Of a stretch of DNA of 64,000 nucleotides, positions 1 through 64,000 are shown in pieces. The stretch covers positions 281,882-345,881 of the forward strand of contig MU055488.1 in assembly GCA_013239625.1 (NCBI GenBank). The letters are read 5' to 3'. The stretch is from Lama guanicoe (Eukaryota). Below the pieces are notes generated by a model. It was not told the DNA's origin and searched no databases. It worked only from the letters and a program-made list of their open reading frames with translations. A program made the position numbers and the translations under genes. Each line of letters starts with the position of its first letter. Within the stretch, counting starts at the first letter, position 1.

Positions 1-1304
1 CGCCCCGGTTTCCCCGCTGTGCCCCCACCTCCCGCTCCTCCGCTGACAGTTGGTCTCTGTCCACGTGACCTTCAGTAATCGCTCTCAGCACTCGTGTCTC
101 GTTGGCGTCCTTCACCTGCTGTCTCCTCTCCAAGTTGCAGTGTTCGCAGTTTGTGATGTAGTGAGCTCGCCATGTGTGCTGGCCAGCACATCTTTCTCCG
201 TCGTGTCACACTTACCATTTGTTACTTATCTTGAAACGCTCTTTAGTGTCTTGGGCTGCTGTGTGCCCTTTGCTCATCACCTCCTCTGTGCAAGTGGTGT
301 GGTGGGAGCTGCCCTCCACACCCGGGGGAGGGGTGCGCCTTGCTGTTTGCCTCGGTCTCACTTGTGATTACACGAAGCGTTTCGGAAGGCCCCGCCCCAG
401 GTAGAACTCTACGAGCCCCTGTCTTGAAATGGCCATCGCATCGTTTCTTGTGAGGAGAGCCTCCGTCTGTGGCTAGTGTGCCGCACAATAACGGTCGGAC
501 CCGCCTAGGCTGGCCTGTGTGCCCTGCATTTGCTGGGAGCCCTTATGGTCTTAGGGCTTCTGCTGAGGGAGCATCCGTTCTTGCCTCGGCTCTCAGTTGC
601 AGCACTAGGGGCGGTGCTGGGGGGTCTTGTTCACAGAGAGGATGCTTGGGGGGCTCCTGGACCAGCTCGGCCACGTAACTTTCCCATGGAAAGGGAGTGG
701 GCTTCGTGGGCGCTCCCACTGTGTTGGGGTGGGTGTGCTTGTGGCGTCTAGGGGAGAGGGGAGCCAGGTGGCGCGCAGGTCGGGTGCCCACCCCCAGCAA
801 CACAGGATGCTACTGAGATATCTCTCCCCTACGTGTGGTGGGGACGAGCCCTGGCTGGGTTCTCCCCACGTCCATGGGGCTGGGGTCCCTCACCCTCCAA
901 GGAAGGCCAGCACGCAGGTCTGCGCTCCCCACTGTGCCGGGTGAAGGCTGGCACTGCTGCCTGCAGGTCGGCCAAGGGCCTTTGAGACAGTTTTTCAGAC
1001 GTCCTGTGGGAACTGAGAACCAAGTGTCTGTGGAACCAGATTTTCTGTCCGTCATTTCCTCTCCGCCAGCAAATTCAACATTGGTTTTTTTCTCAGCAAG
1101 TTGGACTGCATTCTTTAGGTAGGTATGATGGCTATTTGTACTGGTGGCTGAAATAAAAGTTCTGTGGTGGTGGCCACACCCACTCCCAGGGAACTAGTGC
1201 TTTCCTGGACTCAGACTCAGGCAGGCGGGCTCAAGGCCTGAGTGTGGCTCCCCAGGCAGTGCCGTCAGGTGACGAGGTGGCTCAGTGATCTTTGTGGTCC
1301 AGAG

Positions 1305-2232
1305 GCATCCTGGGAGACTCAGCCAAGTGCATCCTGGGAGCTGTCATTTTAATGCACCCTGGGAGATGTCATCCTAGTGTAGCATCCTGGGAGATGTCTT
1401 CCTAGTCTAGCATCCTGGGAGATGTCTTCCTAGTGTAGCATCCTGGGAGATGTCTTCCTAGTCTAGCATCCTGGGAGATGTCTTCCTAGTGTAGCATCCT
1501 GGGAGATGTCTTCCTAGTGTAGCATCCTGGGAGATGTCTTCCTAGTGTAGCATCCTGGGAGATGTCTTCCTAGTGTAGCATCCTGGGAGATGTCTTCCTA
1601 GTGTAGCATCCTGGGAGATGTCTTCCTAGTGTAGCATCCTGGGAGATGTCTTCCTAGTGTAGCATCCTGGGAGATGTCTTCCTAGTGTAGCATCCTGGGA
1701 GATGTCTTCCTAGTGTAGCATCCTGGGAGATGTCTTCCTAGTGTAGCATCCTGGGAGATGTCTTCCTAGTGTAGCATCCTGGGAGATGTCTTCCTAGTGT
1801 AGCATCCTGGGAGATGTCTTCCTAGTGTAGCATCCTGGGAGATGTCTTCCTAGTGTAGCATCCTGGGAGATGTCTTCCTAGTGTAGCATCCTGGGAGATG
1901 TCTTCCTAGTGTAGCATCCTGGGAGATGTCTTCCTAGTCTAGCATCCTGGGAGATGTCTTCCTAGTGTAGCATCCTGGGAGATGTCTTCCTAGTGTAGCA
2001 TCCTGGGAGATGTCTTCCTAGTGTAGCATCCTGGGAGATGTCTTCCTAGTGTAGCATCCTGGGAGATGTCTTCCTAGTCTAGCATCCTGGGAGATGTCTT
2101 CCTAGTCTAGCATCCTGGGAGGTGTCTTCCCAGTGCATCCTGGGAGATATCCTAGTGCAGCCTGGGAGATGTCTTCCTAGTGTGTCCTGAGAGATGCTGG
2201 CCCAGTGCCTTCTGGGAGACTTGGCCCAATGC
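1305..2232. repeat. 28-bp minisatellite (GCATCCTGGGAGATGTCTTCCTAGT[G/C]TA)
   Basis: 26 near-perfect units at 1382-2109, with degenerate units on both flanks. Confidence 0.98.
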
Positions 2233-5200
2233 AGTGATATTTCTTACGTGATGAGTTTTTTTTTTAATTAGTGTAATTCGTTACTTATCAAAAGACATGA
2301 TTTTTGTGCTGGCTGTATGATGAAGTTTTTGTGGATGCTGCACGGAACACCTGGTGTCCCCTGGACGTGTGCCCTGCAAGCCCTGTAGTGGGGACTTGGG
2401 TTTCTGAGGGTTAAGTCGTTTCTCTCCCCCGGAGGCTGCTTTGTCCTTAGGCGATTGGCGTTAGACAAATAACAAGCTGTCTAGAGAGAAGGGTATTTAA
2501 ATTACATTGCTGGACTCTGGGTTGCCAAAAGGAAGCCCTCTGGGGAATCTTATATATTTGACATGCATTTGCAGTGTGTAACTGGAACCTTGAGAGAGGT
2601 TTTTGTTCAAAGCTATTGAAGAGTTTCCTGATTTTAAACCTGTTTAATCTGGAAAGAGTTGTTAGTTTTTGAGTTGTTTTTTTTTTTCTGATAATGACTT
2701 CTTAGGAAAGTTCAGGGCAAAGACTATTTCTCTTTCATATGCCACCTTCTTCCCCCTAAGCTCTGTGATTGCTTTGCCCTGCATGGACTCAGGCTGGTCT
2801 CTCTCTTGTCTTCTGTTCTCTGGATGTTGGGGCAGGAAGCGCAGAGCACCCTTTTGCGCAGAAGAGGCTGGAGAAGGCCCGAGAGGTCAGGGGCAGCCAT
2901 GGGCCCTGTCCAGCAGCCGCAGAAGCAGGCCCGACCCCATCCCTTTATCCCCAGGTCAGATCTCTTACTTCCGCCTTGAAATGCTTTGGGGCTGAGAGTC
3001 CCATTTCCCCATTTTTGCGTTAAAGAAATCTGTCATCTCGCTTTCTCTCCTTTTGAGCTGTTTTGCTTTCTGCAAAACTAACTCCTTCGCAGGGACCTGT
3101 GAGGCGAGGGTACCATCATCACTGCCCGTGGCCGCATGGCTGGCTCTGTCGGATCCGGTCCAGCCGCGAGGTCTCTGCTTGTTGCTTCTTCATCTGCCCT
3201 TGAGCGTCAGCTGTTGCTGTCTGAGGCAGGAGTGATGGAGGGCTCACTGGAGCTTTCCGGAGAAAGACTTTGTAGACTGCCTGTGCCAAGGGCTGGGTGG
3301 GGCGCTGCCGGGCAGCTGCGGCTGCATGCCACGTGGGTGGGCGGGGGCTGGCAGTGTGGCGGCCCTGGCGGGCTTGGGTCTGTCCTTCTCTGACCTGGTT
3401 CCGTGGGAGGACACAGAGAAGGCCAGCACCTTCACGTTGTGGGAGGCCAGGTAGCTCCCCAGTGTGTGGGCGTGTGTGGGTGCCAGGGACGAAGGTCAGG
3501 GTCTGTTGGGGGTCACCTTGCCGCACAGACCTCACAGCCCAGGTACCCCCAGTCCGGCCTCCCTCAAGGAGGGTTGAGTCCAAGTGCAGCGTGGAGCTGG
3601 GCTGACCGCCCACGAGTGCAGCTGCCTGCCCTCCTTGGGACGGAGAAGTGGAGAAGTGGGCCAGGCGGGGCTGTGCTTGTGCCTCCCCGTCTGCTGGGTT
3701 CCCCGCAGTGGATGCCGGTCAGCCCCTAGGGGTCTGTGCGCTGCTGAAGCAAGTGTCCGCTGCAGGGTCCAGGTCACAGCGCCCGCCCTTTTCCTCATGA
3801 CGGGTCAGCCTCACGAGCCAGCAGAAGTGATGCCTTAGAAACCACCTCACTGTGACCCAGGGTCAGGCTCGGGGGGTGGGGCAGGAGCAGCCCCCTATGG
3901 CTCAGGACCTGGGGGTGGGCAGGTGGAGTGCAGGTGGGCTTCTCCCAGGGGGCCCTGAGCCTCTCCCCTTGTGGTAGTAGGGTGCAACGTCCACCTGAAG
4001 GATGTGGACAGGACTGGCTGTTGTCATTCGTAGTTGTCTGTTTTGAAATTGATTTTGTCCAATGGCCCGATGAACTGGGACTCAGCAGTTAGCATCCAGG
4101 CCCCTCAGGCTGTAGAACTGCTGAATGGTCTCACCCAGAGCTGTCTGGGCAGCCACTAAAGTGACGGTTTAGAGAAGCTGACACCGCATTTACATGAAGC
4201 TCCTCCCCTGCAGGTGCCTCGGCCTATTAGCTGTGACGTTCACTCGGCCATGCGCGGGCTTCCCCATCAGCATAGAGTGAACGTGAACGACACCAGAAGA
4301 GTAGGAGTAACTCCAGCGAAAACAGACGAAGACCAGTTTTAAGCATTACAGATTTAGTTTAGTTCAAGTTGAGACAATTAAAAAAATCATTAATCAGATT
4401 TAATTACTTTACCTGAAACAGCTAGGGTAGTGTCCTCCTGTCTGGTTGGGCGTTTCTGCATGTTCTGTGAGTCTTAATTGTGAGCTTTGGTTTTAGGAGG
4501 TAAACGCAGAGTTTCAGAGACATCCTCGCAGAAAGCTGAGCTCGGTTCCTGGGGTGCCGTGGAGGAGACCTGGCGAGCGCCAGCGCTTTTGCTCAGGAAG
4601 GTCTGGTGCTCCCGGGGCGGTACCAGGCCGAGAGGGCGTGGGGGCTTTGCAGGTGGGGGGCGGGGCGTCCCCGGTTGTGGACGGTGGGGGACTGGTGTGG
4701 GGTCCTGGAAGCCAGCTCATGCTCTGCTTTGCTGAGGGGAGTCACTGGGCAGACTGGAGGCTGCGAGCAGCGGTGGTCCTACAGTGACTCGGGGGCTGGG
4801 GAGCCGGGGTGATGGGTCCTCTGCAGGGGCCTGGCTGCTGTGGATGGGCCAGGCCTTGACTAGATATACGGAAACAAGGAGGAGCGGCCCTGGGATGATC
4901 ACCGTGCCCTGAACTTGCCCCGGACGATGGCACGGGCCTCCGGCTGACGGGGAGGGTGAGGGAGATGGGCTGAGTTTCCGACGCTGTGGACCTTGAGGGG
5001 CCTTGGCACACCGCGTGTGGGGTGTCCTGCTGCTGTGGGTGGAGGACGGGAGCACTTGGCAGGAGAGTGGGCTGGGTGCTTGGGGCCCTCGGCAGGGGCA
5101 GAGGAGGAACAAGGCCAGCTCCGGGTGTGGGTGACGTCCATGTCCGTTGTGGGTGGGGGTGCTCATCGGAGCTTTGGCTGCAGGTGCCTTTCTGGTGCTG

Positions 5201-7130
5201 CTGATCGGGAGGAAATGTGTTCTTGAGTTCGCTCCTGGTTGAAATGCATATAATTGGTAACACAATGTGTCTTTGGGATTTTTATTTTGGAGAACATTTG
5301 TTTTGTGTAATTTTAAGTAAATTTATATGAACATTTAAAAATGTTACAGACGGTAATCACTGTATGTGTATGAAAGAAACGGTACAGAGTCAACTTTATT
5401 CTTTGTTGCTGTGTGTATAGAATCAGAAATCCTCAGATGCAAAGGCAGAGGGGAATTTGCTTGCGATGCCCGACTCCGGCAGTCGTTTCTTTTGATTTTT
5501 GCCTGAGGCTCCTTCCAGGTACGTTTCTTTGGCAGTTTCTACGATGATAGTTGAGTGTGTAGGTAATGGGTGCTTCGTTTTGCTTAAGTCCTCACCCAGG
5601 TGTCTCTTCTCAGACTGCAGTCACAGCGGCAGCACTGTTAAACAGAGGAGAGGGCGTGTGGAGCACGGGCCTCGTGTGCTGGGAGTGCCGGGGCCTTAGG
5701 CCGGAGGGAGGGGTTGCAGGAAGAGCTGGGGCTCTCTGTGGCCCCGGATCGCACGCCAGCTTTCCGCTGCTTCTTTTGCTCTTTGCTTAGTGGCTGATCT
5801 CCACCGTCTTGCGTGTTGACCTTCATCAGTTGGATGCCGCTGTGTCCAGTTCTGCCTGGGCATCTGACACTGCGTCTGTGCTGTGTGGCCTGGGGTGTGC
5901 GTTGTTGGGACGAGGAGGCTGTGGCCAAACGTGTGGCTGGATGCGTGCGCTCCCCCCGGCCGGCCTCCTGAGCTGCGTGGATCATGTGTCTGCCGTGGAT
6001 GTCGCTCCGCGGGAGCCCTGCTGCTCTGGGGCCGTGGCGCTGGGTGCTGGGACGTGTGGTCCCTCCACCCCTCTGGGACCAGAGACTCGTGTTCACCTTT
6101 ACTGCTTCTCTAAACACCAGTGGGAGCTGTTCAGCGTGCCTTGTGTCAGTGTTGCTGTCTGTTTTGGGACAGTAAATTGAACTTCCAACATGTTTTTGCA
6201 GAAAATTTCATTGAGTGTGACTTAAGAAAACATGAATACTCTCCCTTTGAATTGCAAGGTAAAACTTTTCTGAAGGTCTTTCCTGTTACATTTCTCTATT
6301 ATGATCATTTTAAGAGGCTTTTAAAAATTGTTTCGTCTATTTATAAAATTAATTAAATTCCCTTATACTTTCTGAACCCTGTACATGAATGTTGCACATT
6401 TTATTTTCTTTTTAAGTAATTTACATGCCTCTGATGAGCAAACCCTTCCCCAGTGCTTGAAATACATGGATCTAATAAATTTAATAGTTAAATACAGTAC
6501 AGGTTCAGATCCTTTAAACGTTAAGTACTCTTATGCCATGTGTTTTAAAATTTTCCTGTCTTTGTATCAGAAATTACATATGTAATATGAAAAACTCAGA
6601 CATTTAAAATGGAACCAGAGGGACAATCCACATGTACGTCAAATTACCTTAAATATTACAACTGTTGTAGATAGTTAAACGTATCTGGTTATTCCTAAAG
6701 TTAGCTGGCTTCACTTTATCACCCTGGTTCTCAGCCCTGCAGCCCGGCGAGGTCACAGGCACACTCTGAGCAGAGCTGACACCTGTGTGGCAGGGTCTGC
6801 TCTCCCCTGAGTTTGGTGTCTGCTTTTGGCTGGAGTTAGAAGCCCGTATACTGTTCGTGGTCCCCTTGGCGGGAGACCCTGGGGGCCGGTGTCCTCTGAG
6901 TCTGCAGGTGACCCCGGTGACCGAGCCCCTCCTCCTGTCCCTTTCCTGGCTGCGTGGCATCTGCGTCCCTCTGGTGGGCCCGGCAGGCACGTCCGTGCTA
7001 TTCTGTAGGAACCGTTACCAACTCCTGTAATGTGGGCAGCTTTGAAAAAGCATTTTCACCTGAGTTGAGCTGATGGACTCCTGGGTTCCTTCCAGACGTC
7101 CTTTCTGACGAGGTCGTGAGTTTTAAGTGA

Positions 7131-61426
<54,296 letters not shown>

Positions 61427-61625
61427 GGCCACCCCGGAAGCCGAGCCCTCGTGCCTGGTGGGGAGGAGGAACCGGTGCGTGGTCAGCATGGAAGACCTGG
61501 ATGGACCCCGACTGGTGCGTGTGGGGGACGCAGAGCTTGGCACCCGGAGGCGGCCTTTCCTCATGCGTCCTGTGCACCAGTGACCTGGGCTGTTGGTGCT
61601 TTTGAATTGATCTAGATGTGAGTCT

Positions 61626-61631
61626 TATAAA
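61626..61631 (+). terminator. Candidate TBCD proximal poly(A) signal, variant TATAAA
   Basis: TATAAA 200 nt after the stop, followed by GU-rich 'gtctgtttgtgtctg'. Confidence 0.55.
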
Positions 61632-62769
61632 ATCATATGCTGAGCAGTCTGCGTCTGTTTGTGTCTGACCCCAAAGCTGGCGGGGAGGACAAAGTAGGGG
61701 CGCCGGGGGTGGGGTCGTGCCCTCCCCTGTGCTGGGATGTCTCTGCAGACGCATCCGTGTCTGCGCGGCCTCCCCGGGCACGGTCTTAGCTGCCGACACG
61801 CTCAGAGACGCAGGTGGTTCACTGTCAGATGCGACGAGGGCCAGAGGCTGTTGCTCAGGGTGGGCACGGATGGGGTGCTATCCCCCCAGCCCCGCTTCCA
61901 GTGCAGCTCCGTTCCATCAGAAGAGGCCAACACTGCCTTTTCAGCACCCTGCCGGGACCAGCTCCAACCACACGGGGGGCTTGAGACGGCCACTCGGAAC
62001 TCCAGCCGGGACTCCGTGGGGCAAGTGGCTTCTCACATCTGCCAGGAGGGGCACCCAGACCCGTGGTGGAGCCTCCAGGACGTGGGTCTCCGGTGATGTG
62101 GGAAGAACCACGTGGGTTGTTCTTGATAAAGCTGCACCTTTTCCTCGTTTGTCCAGCACAGGTCACACACGGGTAAAGACAGGCTGCTCTATCCTGGCGG
62201 CCTGTGCTCACGCCGGCCGTCCCCGTGCTGCTGTTCCACAAGCTCAGGTCTGGACGGGCAGGTGCAGGACCTCCGGGGCGAAGTCTGGGGCCACGAGCCC
62301 AGGACAGCGCTGCTGCGCCCAAGTCCCCTCGTGGAGGCAGGCGTGGGGGGCCGGGACACGTCCTGCTGCCGCCTTGGTCGGGAGTTGGGGTTTCCTGCCT
62401 GGGTTAAGCTGTTGGGCTTCCCAAGAACGTTTACCTTCACGCGCTAGACTGGCGGAAAGTCCTCTCTAGCCCCCGGAAGAGACAGCGTGGGTTACACTCG
62501 TGTGAGGATCTCACCTCTTACGCTGAGCTTTTTCATTTCGTTCAAGCCTTAAAACACGCCTCCCCCTCGAGAATGAGGGAGTGTTCCAGCCAGAGACCCC
62601 GCAGCTGGTGGACGTCACAGGGATGGTCCTGCGAGGCCACGCTGGTGGGCAGGCGCCCCTCCCACAGGGCCCGCCTGCGTCCGTGCAGCAGACGGGGGCC
62701 GGAGACAGTGCCCACCGAGCCTGTCGGGGCCTCTGCTGTGGCAAACCAAGCAAGCAGTTCTTGAGAAGG

Positions 62770-62775
62770 AATAAA
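62770..62775 (+). terminator. Candidate distal poly(A) signal AATAAA
   Basis: First canonical + strand AATAAA I could find after the TBCD stop. Confidence 0.35.
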
Positions 62776-64000
62776 ATGAACTGTTTTCAGCATAATTTAA
62801 ACAAAAAAGATTCCAGAGAAATGGCCTTTGAGACGTGGAGACCGGCCAGTTCACCACTTGGACGCTACCGTCTGGAGAAGCAGTTCTTCCAGGGCTGCCG
62901 ACTGCAGCTCAAGGAAAACCTGCTCAGCCGCGGCCTCAGCCATCCGGAGCCCGCTGGGCCCACCTGCTCTCAACAGGCCCCAGGGAACCGCCTGCTCCAG
63001 ACGGGGCCCACCTGTGTCCAGGTGGCGGGTCTGTGGGGGCAGAGCAGCAGAAACAGTGTCATGGGAAGCAGCCGCAGAGGGAGTGCGGAGCAGGTGGTGT
63101 GCTGGGTGGTCATCTTGAGGCGGTGGTCAGGAGACCTGGGTGGGGCTGCAAACGGGGACCAGACAGTGAAGGAAGCACCTGTGGCCAGAGGGAGAGAGGC
63201 TGGTGAGGGCCTGGATCAGGACGTGCGGGGCCCGAGCTTCCACGGCTGCCGACTGGGAGGCCTGGGGGCAAACCTAAGAGGAGACGCCACATAAGGCTGG
63301 GCCCTGACAGCCGTGTCCTCCACGGCTGGGCCCGTGAGACCTAGCTCCGCCCAGTGCTGCTGAGGGGAGATGCGGTCAGACAGGCCCCAACCGGCGGTGC
63401 TGACAACACGGGCAGAGGCAGCAACCAAAACCCAAAGGAAAAGGACGCAGCCTGAGCCCACCACAGAGGAGAGCGTAAGCTCACGTCCCCAGATCGCACA
63501 GGGCCACGAGCAGCAGCAGCAGGCCCTTAGTGAAGTCAGACCCCAAAGACTCTGAAGTTCAGCTTTGAAAGGGCTAGGAATTACCAAGGAGAGATGAGGG
63601 GAAAAACGGCTCAACGGTGAGCTGACAACCCCACGGGCACAGCAGGAGGGAGAAGTGGGGAACGGAGGGGCTGACGAAATGACCTGCAAAGACAACGCAA
63701 GTACAGAAGTCGGGAGACGCCAGAGCACCCGCCCCGCGTGGCACTGGCGCCTTGGGAGACGGTGCCGCACGCGCGGACGGCGGGCGGGTGGAGTGCGTGC
63801 GCGTCTGCGGGGGGGGGCACGTGGGCTTGAGGAGAGTAACCGCCACCTCGAGCACACTGATGCCCAGGACAGCTGCTCCCCAGGGGAGGGAACAAAGTGG
63901 GGTCTTCGGGTAAAACACACCCCTCTTGCACGGCTGCTTTTCCTGCCTCGTCACTGCTGACGTTTGGGGTCAAACAGCTCTTTGCCATGGGGACCGTCCC

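Noticed and set aside
1382-2109. 28-bp repeat array as a CRISPR-like locus
   Set aside because: Units are head-to-tail with no unique spacers, there are no cas genes, and the context is a mammalian intron.
4236-4284. 10-bp inverted repeat (ACGTTCACTC/GAGTGAACGT) as a pre-miRNA or structured RNA; a similar 9-bp one lies at 12183-12212
   Set aside because: The stems are too short, and a few such matches are expected by chance in 64 kb.
63290-63345. Minus-strand peptide GLTGPAVEDT as the B3GNTL1 last exon (recalled as DLTGGAFEDNL...)
   Set aside because: Similarity is limited to a few residues, the C-terminal half and stop do not match, there is no good acceptor, and it adjoins an L1-like remnant.

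Overview
Mammalian genomic DNA, very GC-rich. It is most likely camelid (alpaca/camel), judged from vic-1-type tRNA-derived SINEs and a camelid-type L1 3' end. The window holds the 3' two-thirds of TBCD (tubulin-specific chaperone D) on the + strand. I found 26 coding exons (equivalent to human exons 14-39) from 7270 to the stop at 61426. All have GT-AG introns and consistent phases, and they join into 2261 nt of open frame ([11 protein letters not shown]...[12 protein letters not shown]). Most entries in the supplied ORF track are spurious GC-rich ORFs. The introns contain SINEs, many old L1 remnants shifted toward G/C, a Tigger1-derived MITE, LTR remnants, several minisatellites and two N-gaps. 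I found no convincing new multi-gene system. Four observations most deserve follow-up. (1) An array of about 33 copies of a 28-bp unit that resembles the ZNF143/SBS motif. (2) An AT-rich, degraded L1 ORF2 fragment inside a poly-G tract of a young G-quadruplex-type VNTR, with no TSD or poly(A) but a short junction duplication; this is either repair-mediated capture or misassembly. (3) A young L1 3' end with a short 3' transduction and an extra A-tract at its 5' junction. (4) A minus-strand AATAAA inside the last TBCD intron, consistent with a tail-to-tail overlap with B3GNTL1.
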